Shown piece after piece: positions 34,632 to 45,204 of a stretch of DNA of 64,000 nucleotides (position 1 is its first letter; each line of letters opens with the position of its first letter). The stretch comes from Rhynchopus sp. YZ270_cl-10. Its lineage: Eukaryota. The position numbers and the translations under genes are program-made. The stretch is taken from the NCBI GenBank assembly GCA_964035575.1, contig OZ037837.1:186001-250000 (forward strand), written 5' to 3'. Below the pieces are notes generated by a model, which was given only the letters and a program-made list of their open reading frames with translations, did not search any database and had not been told where the DNA came from.

Positions 34632-35774
34632 TTAGGATACAGCCTGCATGTAATCATAAAAATGAAATACCCCCCCTTCTTTGTTTATTCGTTGTTTGTT
34701 GTTTGTTGATCGCATCCATCCCATTCCTGTGTGTTTCCCGAGGCGGAAAGGGTCTGACTTCGTGTCGACCCAGTGGACCCCAATCTGTGCAGTATGGTCG
34801 TTCATCGAAATTTCTTCTGCTTTGAGTCCCAACACGTCTGAGCATCGTGCTGCCCCTTGCCACATCATCGTCAACGCCAGCTTCAGCGATGGGTTTTTGG
34901 CTAAAGATATAGCCTTGCGTATCTCCTCTGTTGTCGCCGGAGGTGCTTGGGTCGTCGGCTTCAGCGCTCCCAATCTCCTCAGTGCCCGTTGGTAGTCGGC
35001 CAACAGTTGCGAACCTTCGGTTCTCGTATTCGCCATTCGTTTCAGCGCTGCCGACGCTACGATTGAGGTTTGTAATGCTGCTGATGGGAGCATGTTTTCC
35101 ATTGTTCGCTTCTTCTCTAACCACAGAATGATCGCCTCGTCGTACCCTAGCTCTGTCTTCATGTGTTGCTCCCAATTTGTTTTGAACTCGTTCAGACGGC
35201 GCCACACGCTTCGCAGCTCCCCCATGTACGACCCCGATAACGCCTGTGACAGAGTGTGTTGCGCCTTCTCCATGACCAGCCGAGCTTGTTCTGTGGTGAG
35301 TGGCATTTCCTTCTGTCGTGGACGTCCGAGATGCGAAGGAGGTCTTTCTTCCAGCAAAGCGCTCAGGCTGAGGTTCCTCGGGGGCGCCGCCCCCCGTGAA
35401 TTTTCTTCCCTGTTGTCGGGTTCTAGGGTTGTCTTCTCTTTTATCTTCTTCTTCGTCGCCAATATTCTGCCTCTGATCCCCAATGACCCCATTGTTGCCG
35501 GTGTTGTCTTGCTTGGTGTAGTGTTTTGAATTTTCTTCCCTATTGTAGTCATTAAGTTGTCGTCTTTTGTTTGGTATTGTCCCCGTATCGTGCTCGGTGT
35601 AGTGTTTTGAATTTTCTTCCCTATTGTCGCCATTAAATTGTCGTCTTTTGTTTGGTATTGTCCCCGTATCGTGCTTTGTGTCGTGTTTTGAATTTTCTTC
35701 CCTATTGTCGCCATTAAATTGTCGTCTTTTGCTTGGTATTGTCCCCGTATCTTCTTTTTTGTAGCGTCCTGCAT
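34632..35774 (-). CDS. Tyrosine recombinase of retrotransposon, 3'-truncated (lacks HxxR/Y boxes)
   Basis: LALTMMWQGAARCSDVLGL (box I Arg) and DTKSDPFRLG (catalytic Lys); runs into repeat B; three 81-bp repeats near N-terminus. Confidence 0.8.
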   Translation of the reverse strand: MQDATKKKIRGQYQAKDDNLMATIGKKIQNTTQSTIRGQYQTKDDNLMATIGKKIQNTTPSTIRGQYQTKDDNLMTTIGKKIQNTTPSKTTPATMGSLGIRGRILATKKKIKEKTTLEPDNREENSRGAAPPRNLSLSALLEERPPSHLGRPRQKEMPLTTEQARLVMEKAQHTLSQALSGSYMGELRSVWRRLNEFKTNWEQHMKTELGYDEAIILWLEKKRTMENMLPSAALQTSIVASAALKRMANTRTEGSQLLADYQRALRRLGALKPTTQAPPATTEEIRKAISLAKNPSLKLALTMMWQGAARCSDVLGLKAEEISMNDHTAQIGVHWVDTKSDPFRLGKHTGMGWMRSTNNKQRINKEGGVFHFYDYMQAVS

Positions 35775-37070
35775 TGTCTTCCCTGATGTCCTCCCGATAG
35801 TACTCCTGTTTTCTTGTATTTCTTCCCCTGTCAGTCAACGTCTGGGACCTGCGTACCTTCTTAACTCCTTTCCCGTGTTGCCCCAGTAGTCTCGGTCGCG
35901 CCCCCTCGTATCGTCTCCTCCCCTGTCCCTGTCGTCTCTCTTCTCCTTGGCGTCCCTCCCTGAATCCCGCGTCTTCGACGGTACCTCTGCGTGCGGCTGC
36001 TTCTTGGCCGTGTCCATAATGCGAGCTTGGATGACTTTTGAGAAGTCATCCACCGCGTATCCCTTTGCTTTAGACTCGTACATCATCCTTCCGGCAGCAT
36101 TAGCCCCAATAATTGTGGTCGAGGTGAGTTCTACTATGGTGTTGTGTATGGGCGTCAGGAACTTGGTTGCGGGTGGGTCCTCTGAGTCCTCGATCAGCGC
36201 CAGGGAGTTGTCCAGCGCCTCGAAGCATCTTAGGACGCCCTTTTGATACTCGAGTGCATTGTCAAAAGTGGGTAGGGTCGACTCCCTGAATGCCTTTCCT
36301 ACCTTTTCCCTGATCTCCTTTCTGATGCGGCTGTTTTGGATGTTTTTCCAGGTTGCAACAACATACGGCGAGAAATCAGCGTCGAGTGCCGTTTGCTGGG
36401 ACTTCTTGATAAACTCTATAGTTTTCTTGAGACTCTCGTTCTCCTGCTGCAGAAAATCCAAACGTGCAAAAGTGTGCATGAAAAGCTTCTTAGCGGTTTC
36501 CGGAATCACTGCGAGGAGCCCTTCCACCGTGTCCTCTGCGTCGTCGTCCTCCTCGTCCTGCTGCTGCTGCTCGATCGGCTTTTCCTTTTTCACCTTCGTT
36601 CTTGGCGCACGTCTCCACGCGCACACCGGACACACCCATCTCTCTGTCTTCTTGAGGAAGTCTGTGATCACCCCTTCAGGGATTAGCCCCGTGTTCCGCA
36701 TGCACGTCTTCGTGCACTGTCTGCCGCAGCCCATGCAGCCAAGGACACCCTTTTTGTGCATGACACCGCACGAAGGAAAAATGCACTCATCTTCGGTGTC
36801 CGGTTCCATTGCATTTGCTTTGGGTACTGGGGGTTTGATCTGATCCCAAATGACCTTATCCCCACCCGGCCAGCTATCCCAGGGAACAGCCACAGATGAC
36901 ATAGTTTTTTTTTTTTTTTTTCAAACCCCAAAAGTCCCGAAAACCCCGAAAAACCCGCGTCCTGAAGTACGGTGGAGAGGTGGAGCACAAGGGGGGAAGG
37001 GGAAAACGGTAAAACTCATGACAATCGACGAGCGCGTCTTTCATTTCCAGACGTATTGCATACTCGTACA
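34660..37070 (-). mobile_element. Internally deleted YR retrotransposon copy (A - gag - partial YR - B)
   Basis: A repeat 36905-37070 and B repeat 34660-34720 match those of 8395-13818. Confidence 0.85.
35835..36902 (-). CDS. Gag-like ORF1 with PHD-like zinc finger and coiled coil
   Basis: 355 aa intact ORF immediately after repeat A; C-x4-C...C-x2-C-x3-C-x3-C...WVCPVC; LDFLQQENESLKKTIE coiled coil; R/D/G-rich tail. Confidence 0.78.
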   Translation of the reverse strand: MSSVAVPWDSWPGGDKVIWDQIKPPVPKANAMEPDTEDECIFPSCGVMHKKGVLGCMGCGRQCTKTCMRNTGLIPEGVITDFLKKTERWVCPVCAWRRAPRTKVKKEKPIEQQQQDEEDDDAEDTVEGLLAVIPETAKKLFMHTFARLDFLQQENESLKKTIEFIKKSQQTALDADFSPYVVATWKNIQNSRIRKEIREKVGKAFRESTLPTFDNALEYQKGVLRCFEALDNSLALIEDSEDPPATKFLTPIHNTIVELTSTTIIGANAAGRMMYESKAKGYAVDDFSKVIQARIMDTAKKQPHAEVPSKTRDSGRDAKEKRDDRDRGGDDTRGRDRDYWGNTGKELRRYAGPRR

Positions 37071-37429
37071 TAAAAAAAATGTCGTCACCAAGTTGCCAAA
37101 AAGATGCTCCTTGGGTATTAAACTGTGTAATAAAGAACCAAAGTTCGTTGTATTATTATTAGGACAAATACTTTGTGGTGGGAAATGATTCAAACGTCTG
37201 AGACTTTTTTGTTTATTCCCCCCTTATTGTGCACCTCATTTCTGTACTTCAGGATTTATTATTCTTGACATTCTGAGTGTTGGATGAGGAAGGGTCCACA
37301 CGCGTCATTGCCAGACACGTGGTGCGTGTATTGTTTCCCATTTGGTGCACAATTGGTCTCCTGCGATCTGGGGGGGAAAACCCAAGAGAAAGATATTGTC
37401 CCGTGTCTGCTCGTCTTTGTTTATTTTTT

Positions 37430-37615
37430 TTTTTTGGTTTGTTTTGTAATAAAGGGGGGTGGGGGATAAAACAATTATCCCCCGTTTTTTCTCCCCCATT
37501 TTATTTTATTTTATCCCCCACTACAGTTATCCCCCATTTCCCACACCGCGTTTTTGGTGTGGATTTTCCTTGGGGATGGGGATATTCAGGTGAGAAAAAA
37601 GAGAGATATTTTTTT
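37430..37615. repeat. ~190 bp direct repeat, second copy ~40225-40410
   Basis: Near-identical text TTTGGTTTGTTTTGTAATAAAGGGGGG...GAGAGATATTTTT. Confidence 0.9.
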
Positions 37616-38877
37616 GTATACAAACATACGAAGCGGTACGCGTACGGTTTGTAAGGAAATAATACAAACCGAAATGATTGGGCTCTTTCGGATTGAATGA
37701 TTTGAATAGTGTGTGTGTGTGTGTGTTTTCGGAAATATATACTGTCTCTTTTCTAGCTTGTTTAATGTTCATTGTTTTCCTTTCATTGCCCTTTGCTTGT
37801 GCTCCCCGACTCCAATTCAATCAATACTCACAGAGGGGGGCCAAAAATACAATTAGCGTTTCTCGTTTTTCCAGAGTTTCCGCCAAGGTGTACCGGGGTG
37901 TACTTTGGTACACCCCAATATTTTTCCAGGAAAAAATTGGATTTTTACAGGGATTCGGGGTGTACCAAAGTACACCCCGAGAAAAATGGGGTTTTAAGAG
38001 GTTGTAGATGACCCCCCGTGGTCATGTGACCCCACCGTGCAGAGCGTTTGGCTCGCTGTGTCAAAAGAAGTGGAAGAAAAGGGGGGTAAAATCTAGGGAA
38101 AAAGAAAAAAAAAAAAGTAGCGTACCGTGCGCCTGCGGCGCTGTGTTGCTGGCTATTTGATGTTGCTATATTATCATTGACACTTCTGTGTATCGCCCCC
38201 TTTTTAAAGGAGGCTTCGGTGCAAGCGACGAATGCATTCACTTTCTACTACATGTCCCAACGGGATCCCTCTCATCACTCTCACAAGACTCCTTACCTTT
38301 CCCCATTGTCTCCTTGATTCCGCTTCCACCTCCTCCAGCCGAAGTGATGCCCGTATCGCCTCGTCAACCGTGGGAGGGGTCTCCTTCTTGACCAAGACAA
38401 GTCGGCTCTGCCGCAGCTTTGGCAACTTTTTGGGTTTTAGCACCAGCTTTGATAGCAACCATGTTAAACTTCACAGCTGGTTCGTTTGGAGGTCGGGGGT
38501 GGAAGCTTCACAAGGTAAAGGAGTCTTGTGAGAGGGTGATGGTATTTGCTTTTTTCATTGCATGGCGCTACACAGTGATTACAGTGCTGCAGAGATGCGC
38601 CACATATCTGCAGCCCAGTGGAAGTGACACCCCAACCGGTAGTGAGCGTATCTCGCGCCTCCCCTTCTTCCCTTTCAACCCTTCCCAAAAAAATTTTTTG
38701 GAGCACCCCCGCACGCTTCGCCTCTCTACCTGTGTCTGCCAGGGAGGCGCGCGCGAAGCGCGCGACGACCGCTTTTTCGGGGAGAAAAAAAATTTTTTTG
38801 GGGGTCATTTTCATGGTACACCCCAATTTCTGAAACCCCAAATCCTGGCGGAAACCCTGTTTTCAAAAAAAAACAAG

Positions 38878-39344
38878 TAATTGCTATCGGAAAAAAAACC
38901 GGGTGTGCTGTGGAACTCCACTCTGAAAAAAATATAATCTACAACACGCCAGCATTCTGCTCTTCTGCAGGTACTAAAACGCTCTTCGTACGCTGGACCC
39001 ACTGGGATGCAGGCGGATCTGAAACTTTTAAACAGTGGGGCTGGCCTCTTCGTCCAGCACCATCTGCTCGATCGCGTTATTGGACGTAGTCTCGGCAGGC
39101 TCGATAACCATTCGCTCGCGCGGCCTCGGCATGTTCCAGCTCGTAGTCGTCCACAGGCTCCCACGCATCGTCGTCGTCATCAGAGCAGTGCGGAAGGAAC
39201 ACATAATGCACAGACGACAACACGTCGTCGATCGCACCAGGCATCGTCACATCAGCAACTCCAGAAAATCGCCAGGATGCTATGGTGGTTTCGAAAATCG
39301 CGCGGAGTTATCCACAGCACACCCCAGTTTTTTCTTAGCAATTA
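38878..39344. mobile_element. Small TIR element with possible decayed Mutator-like transposase fragment
   Basis: Imperfect ~40-bp inverted ends (TAATTGCTA..GGGTGTGCTGTGGA..CTCC); minus-strand TTSNNAIE resembles the MULE TTNxxE motif. Confidence 0.5.
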
Positions 39345-40490
39345 GTTGTTCTTGTTATTATTGTTTTCCACACACCTTCCTTCAACCCTCGTAGGATCAG
39401 TTCGCATTTTTTTCGCGAAAACATGAAATTACACATTTCAAGAGAACAAAAAATTAAAAAGGTTCGCCCCCTCAATGGGACGCCGTAAACCATAATTCCT
39501 CAGTGTCAGCCGCATCATTTCAATGAAACCAAAAAGTGGCTTATTTGCATTTTTGGGCTCCGCCCGTGCAGCGGTGGGGTCATTTCGGAAAATTGGACAA
39601 TTTTTTGACCACTTAAATTTTGAGAAATATGAGCCCGGTTCCTTATACGTGGGGCCCATTTTTGGCCAAAATTTTTCTCAAAATCGACGAAATTAAAATT
39701 AGACCCCTTACCCCCCCCCAGAATCATTTCAATACACTACCTGTATTGGTTGCTGACGCGTGTATACAGGAAGGTTGGGAAAAAAAAAAAGGAAAGAAAG
39801 TAAGTAAGCACGCAGATGCGTCCCTCTGTTTGTTACTGGTAATGCACGTTGGGCCTAGCGCTCGTCGCATGTTATGCTTATATGTATGCGTCATAGTACC
39901 CTTGGGCCGGTTTTACGCACAGTACCGTCGAGGGACGTACTGTTGGCAACTAACCTACACACCTTTGTTTTTACTGTTTAGGATACGACTTGCATACAGC
40001 ATACAAGCGCAGCATTTGGGCTCATACGTGTGGTGCTTCGCCCTCACTCTTTGTCATCCGACTCAGCAGCCTTGGCGCGGGTTGCATAACTCAGCAGACT
40101 TGGCGCGGGTTGTTTCACGAATTCTGAGGAGAAAGCTACAGTTTTATTGAATTGAATTGGAGAAGGGGATGCGTCCAATGAAAATCACGTCAGTAGAAAA
40201 GTTCGAGAATGTAGGTTTTATTATTTTTTTTGGTTTGTTTTGTAATAAAGGGGGGTGGGGGATAAAACAATTATCCCCCGTTTTTTCTCCCCCATTTTAT
40301 TTTATTTTATCCCCCACTACAGTTATCCCCCATTTCCCACACCGCGTTTTTGGTGTGGATTTTCCTTGGGGATGGGGATATTCAGGTGAGAAAAAAGAGA
40401 GATATTTTTTTTTTATCCCCCACTACAATTATCCCCCATTTTTTGAGAAGAAAAAACTGGCGATATTTTTTATTTTATCCGCCATTCTAC

Positions 40491-41890
40491 CAGGGCACTA
40501 GCTTGGTTTTGGGGAAAATTCCAGAAGTGGGTCGCTTTCCATAAAAGTGGGTCAGCGAGTTTTTTACTACAGAAGATGGTTTAGCGGCGTTCTACGAGCT
40601 ATTTTCTCCAATCCCAGCTTGTGGTGGGGGATATTCGCGAAAATGGCCAAAATTCGGTCAGTGTTGCAGTAATCCACCGAAATGTGCTGTTTGCCCGCCT
40701 CACTTTGTGGTCTCTCGGAAAACTACCACTGGTATCTCATCCAGGGTTTTTTTTTGCGGAGCAAAAAATAGTAATATAATATGGCGCGCCGCAGGCGAAA
40801 AAAAAAATAGGGTGCAGTGTAAAAATCTAGCTTTTTACACCACAGAGTCACTCAACGAACCCTTTTTTGCGGAGCAAAAAAGGAAAAATGGCGCCGCAGG
40901 CAAAAAAATAAAAATATGGTACAGCCTCCTGGGTCCTCCTCTAGACCCTTCCCACGTGCAAAACCCTACAGAATTCTCAGATTTTTGGTGGGATGATGGC
41001 AGGATGATGGTTTTTGGTCGGGGGGGAAAGCCATTTTCCGTGGGATGATGGATGATGGTTAGCGTCAGGCCTGAACAGGCTCGGGGGGAGTTCCCTGTAG
41101 TCGAGCTCCCAAAAATTTTTTTTCTAAAATCCAAAATCCAATTTTTTTTTTTTTTTTCCGGCTGACCCAGGGCCTTAGGGTGGTCGGGGGGGTAGCCGCC
41201 AACTGCTGGTCCAAACCCGGTTTGCTGGTCAATGCAAAAAACAGGTGAAAAGCACACAGTGGTAAAAAAAGACTCCCTGCCACTGCAGGGAGGTGACGCG
41301 CTTTCTCCCCTCTGATGCACAAAATCGTGAAAGGCGGGTGGGGAGGGTGAACCACAAGCCGTAGTGGGTGTCAGCCTTCGTATCAGTAACCTCAGTACAT
41401 CTATAAAAGAAGCGGCGGTCATGGCACCCAAAGGTTCCAGGCGAAGCCACGGTACGCAACATTTCAAAAAAATTCCCTTAAAATGGCACATTTTAACTGC
41501 CAAACTATGTCATAGGAAGGTGGGTTGGCAAGATTGCGCCGCAGGCGCACGGTACGCTACTTTTTTTATTTCGCCATGCTGCATGCTTCCTTTTCCTTCG
41601 GCGTTTGACCAATTGAGTCGCGTTCTGGTCTCCCACGGTGGGCCCTTGAGCCCCCAGGGTCTCTGCATCTGTGACACACCCGACTGTTCTGGTGGGATTC
41701 TCAAAAAAAAATCTCAAAAAAAATCTATTGTTATTTTTTTTTTTTAGACCCGGACCAGCAATACCTAGGGTTGCTGGTCCGCTGACCAGCAAAAAGTACC
41801 ACCCTAAGGGCCTGGGCTGACCCACTTTTTTTTTTTTAAGTACAGGAAGTGGGTCAGCTGACCCGCTGACCCAGCCAAGCTAGTCCCCTG
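40491..41890. mobile_element. hAT-type MITE containing a nested MITE
   Basis: TIR CAGGGCACTAGCTTGG / CCAAGCTAGTCCCCTG; 8-bp TSD CATTCTAC. Confidence 0.88.
41168..41814. mobile_element. Nested hAT-type MITE
   Basis: TIR CAGGGCCTTAGGGTGGT / ACCACCCTAAGGGCCTG; 8-bp TSD GGCTGACC. Confidence 0.87.
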
Positions 41891-42297
41891 CATTCTACAG
41901 TTATCCCCCACTACAATTATCCCTCCCCCCCCTTTATGTTTGTTTCTCTTTCTTTGTGATCGTTCTTGCTTTGCTTTGCATTGATGCATCCACACAGAAG
42001 AAACATGTCGTCTGTGGTATATGAAGCTGGTGTAGAGCACAGACATGGGATGGAGAGGGGCTGTCTATGTGGGAGAGAGGTGAAAAAGGGGGTAAAACAA
42101 CAGCATTCTCAAATTCAATAGCGACAGAAACGTTTTTTGTACCTTGTACCCAAAGGGAATTGAGGAGTCCGTTGCGATTTATTAACGCCGTTTGACTGCT
42201 ACTATGTGGAAACATAAAAGCTGTAACTGTATGCTGGCTGAGAGGTGCCAACAGTACGCCAATCGGCCGCACTCAGCGTTAACCAGGTGTGCGTAGC

Positions 42298-44913
42298 TCA
42301 GTGCATGTCCACAACGAGAGTGTCGTAAGCCTTCTGCTCCACATAGCCCACAAGCTCTGCGTAAGGTGTGCGTTGGTCCTGAGCGACGCTGTCCAGCAGA
42401 GAAGACGCCTTCTCAAAGTCTTGTTTGATGATGTGCTCGAAGACCTCGTTCCACAGTGCATCAGGGTTGTTTGCGGACTCCAGCTGGTACATCCACTCCT
42501 CGTTTTCGCTGCTGCACAGACCCTTCACAGCATACACAGGCTCTGCCTTCTCACTGTGCTTCTCGTACAGCACAGCACCTTCGCAACGCACCAGCACCTG
42601 TCCTTCCACTTCACGCGACAGGATACGGTCAATGACACCAGGCAGGTTGCGCTTCTTGTTCCAACGCTCAAGCACAACCACCCACGACATGCACTGCCCA
42701 AGAATTGACACCTTCTTCATCCCGTTGCAGCCCATGTTCCCGACACGTGCTTCGCCTGTCACGCACCCATACGAGATCTTGTGAACATCGCCAAGTGCTG
42801 CTGCTGCTTCATGTGCAGCCTTCACACAAGCAACACGGTGTGTGGCGCTGGGAGCAAAGGCGTTGAAGGTGGCAAGTATCTTGTCACCAGCAAACGTGTC
42901 GCACACACCTTTGTTGTGCTGCACTGCCACCAGGATCCTCTCAATCACACCACCGTGTGCGGAGAGCACCTCTGCGTCCTTGTGCTTCTTGCAGAAGGCA
43001 TGCCACGCCACGACGTTCATGTGTGCCAGCGACACCTTCTTCTTCTTCATCCCTTCCACACGCAGCAGTGCCTTCTGGTTCTGCACCACCTCAGAGCTCT
43101 GCGCCATCGAGCTGCCGGTGGGGGATGAGGCACCAGAAGCCTTTGTGCGGGACTTCCGTGTAGTCGTGGATGATGCTGTGGCTTCTTCGTCCTCGTTGAC
43201 CAGCACACTCTGCGGCATGTAGTTCCGGTACTCCACCAGGTTCGCCACCATGGTAACAAAGCTGCGCTGCATCATCCCCACTTCACTCAGCTGCGACACT
43301 GCACGGCCTGTGTCCACAGCCTCCAGGTCCATCACAGCCACACTTGCCATCTCACTCCCAAGCTTCAGCAGAGGTGACGTGATGTAGCGTGTAAACACAA
43401 CAGCAATGGCAAGAAGTCCTATGACTGCAACAGCCGTCACAATCACCATCACAATCACCGCATCCTCCTTCTGTGCGTCTGCAGAGGACAGATCTGATGC
43501 CACCTTCGCACGGATTGCATTTGTCGACGCATCAATCGTATCCATCACAGACGCCCTCGGCACAAGAAGGTTCGCGTACCACGCAATCGTTCTGTGTTCA
43601 ATTGTCGACGTGATTGTCCAGAACTCCGTGCCGTTCGAGTCAGACCACTTCAGGAAGGAGTCCTCTGTCTTCTCCACAAGGTCTCCGTAGTTCCGCGGGT
43701 ATGTGAACGCATACCGTCCGTGCTCTGCAATCACTGAGGGGATGTGCGACGTCGCATCTTCCATCGAGTGGTTCGTTATGTTGAAGCTCTCTGCCATGAG
43801 GTTCTCAGCACCTATGCCACTGATGCGCAGCACTAACCTCAGCTGCCGTCCTCTGTTGTACGCGACAAGTGTGCCCACTGAGCCCGATGCACGCTCCCAC
43901 TGCACCAGGTACAGCGACGCGTCCCTCGGGAGCAGCTGTGCGCGCACTGCATTGATGATCCCGTCCGAAGTGACAATGGTGTTGACAGAACCCACACGCT
44001 TGCCTTGCTTGGGGAACATCGTGTACATATCTGGGTGGGTGAAGGTGTACGTGAGCTCCCAGGACATGAAGTCCCACATCACCTGCAGCGTGTCGTAGAC
44101 AAGCGTGTCCGCCGGGTACAGATCTGGCATGTGGTCTTCTACGTTGGCAAGCACCCTCCCACGGTTCTGCTCACTGCGCCCATCCAAGGGTTCAATAAAG
44201 AAAGTGGGGTACATGCACAGTCCACGTACTTCGCCCTTGTTGTAGTCAGGCAGGTTGTTGCACGGCTCGTTGGGGTACTTGAATTGTCCCAGGTCTCCGG
44301 CCTCCGTGAAGACAGCAAAGTCCGAAATCCCAATTGCCATGGTTGCAGGGTCACGCTGCTCGTACACCAGGAGGACCATGCTACCGTTCGCAGGCGTGAC
44401 ACCGCTCGCACCGTTTACATCCCTGAACGCAGTCCGCGAGCCCCATCCTGCGAACCCGTCACCCCTCTTCCAATAATGGGGGTGCACAGCGGACCACGGG
44501 TACGTTTCTATATTGATGTAGTCGATCCCAGCCATCTGCCCAGCGATGTAAGCGGCCATGATTGCAGGACGCAAATGTGAAGCTGCAAAGTCGGGGCTCG
44601 TGGTGATGTTTGGGTGGCGTGTCTTTGCTAGGGTGGCGAGTGAGACGACCAGCTGTTCAGGAACCTTCAGGTGCTCCTTCACCGCCGTGTCCACGTTGCC
44701 AAGGACGGAGCGCAGGTAGCGTGTCGAGACCGTTTCGATGTCCGCAGTACCACTGTCGAGACACATCCCAAAGCCCTCGTCACCTGTGTCACGTGCCTTC
44801 TCCAGAAGGTCGCCCCATGTTGTCAGAGTGAAGCCACCGATGATCGCACCTGTCGAAAGAATCAGCACCACACACAGCAGTATAGTCAGCGACTGGATGC
44901 CACATGACACCAT
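42298..44913 (-). CDS. 2TM-ectodomain-HAMP-degenerate cyclase receptor (paralog of 24758..27370)
   Basis: 871 aa ORF, colinear and highly similar. Confidence 0.88.
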   Translation of the reverse strand: MVSCGIQSLTILLCVVLILSTGAIIGGFTLTTWGDLLEKARDTGDEGFGMCLDSGTADIETVSTRYLRSVLGNVDTAVKEHLKVPEQLVVSLATLAKTRHPNITTSPDFAASHLRPAIMAAYIAGQMAGIDYINIETYPWSAVHPHYWKRGDGFAGWGSRTAFRDVNGASGVTPANGSMVLLVYEQRDPATMAIGISDFAVFTEAGDLGQFKYPNEPCNNLPDYNKGEVRGLCMYPTFFIEPLDGRSEQNRGRVLANVEDHMPDLYPADTLVYDTLQVMWDFMSWELTYTFTHPDMYTMFPKQGKRVGSVNTIVTSDGIINAVRAQLLPRDASLYLVQWERASGSVGTLVAYNRGRQLRLVLRISGIGAENLMAESFNITNHSMEDATSHIPSVIAEHGRYAFTYPRNYGDLVEKTEDSFLKWSDSNGTEFWTITSTIEHRTIAWYANLLVPRASVMDTIDASTNAIRAKVASDLSSADAQKEDAVIVMVIVTAVAVIGLLAIAVVFTRYITSPLLKLGSEMASVAVMDLEAVDTGRAVSQLSEVGMMQRSFVTMVANLVEYRNYMPQSVLVNEDEEATASSTTTRKSRTKASGASSPTGSSMAQSSEVVQNQKALLRVEGMKKKKVSLAHMNVVAWHAFCKKHKDAEVLSAHGGVIERILVAVQHNKGVCDTFAGDKILATFNAFAPSATHRVACVKAAHEAAAALGDVHKISYGCVTGEARVGNMGCNGMKKVSILGQCMSWVVVLERWNKKRNLPGVIDRILSREVEGQVLVRCEGAVLYEKHSEKAEPVYAVKGLCSSENEEWMYQLESANNPDALWNEVFEHIIKQDFEKASSLLDSVAQDQRTPYAELVGYVEQKAYDTLVVDMH

Positions 44914-45000
44914 TGTTCAGAGGTGTACAGAAAGGGGAGAGAGGAAGAGAGTGTCTGGTGTGGTGTGGTAGTGTGGGGACAGGGAGGATGCAAAGAGTGT

Positions 45001-45204
45001 TTGTTGTTTGTTGTTTGTTGTTTGTTGTTTGTTGTTTGTTGTTTGTTGTTTGTTGTTTGTTGTTTGTTGTTTGTTGTTTGTTGTTTGTTGTTTGTTGTTT
45101 GTTGTTTGTTGTTTGTTGTTTGTTGTTTGTTGTTTGTTGTTTGTTGTTTGTTGTTTGTTGTTTGTTGTTTGTTGTTTGTTGTTTGTTGTTTGTTGTTTGT
45201 TGTT
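45001..45204. repeat. (TTGTTGT)n heptamer array, ~29 copies
   Basis: Perfect tandem array seen directly. Confidence 0.97.

Larger units (their letters stand above)
32044..34646. mobile_element. Non-autonomous TIR element (CAGGCTGTATCCTAA) with 6-bp TSD CATGTA
   Basis: Perfect 15-bp inverted ends 32044-32058 / 34632-34646; CATGTA at 32038-32043 and 34647-34652; empty-site-like sequences at ~18836-18875 and ~28239-28272. Confidence 0.82.

Noticed and set aside
35868..35874. G-GGA-AAG slippery heptamer near the gag end
   Set aside because: Not conserved in the other copy (G-GGT-AAG), and the -1 frame is not the YR frame
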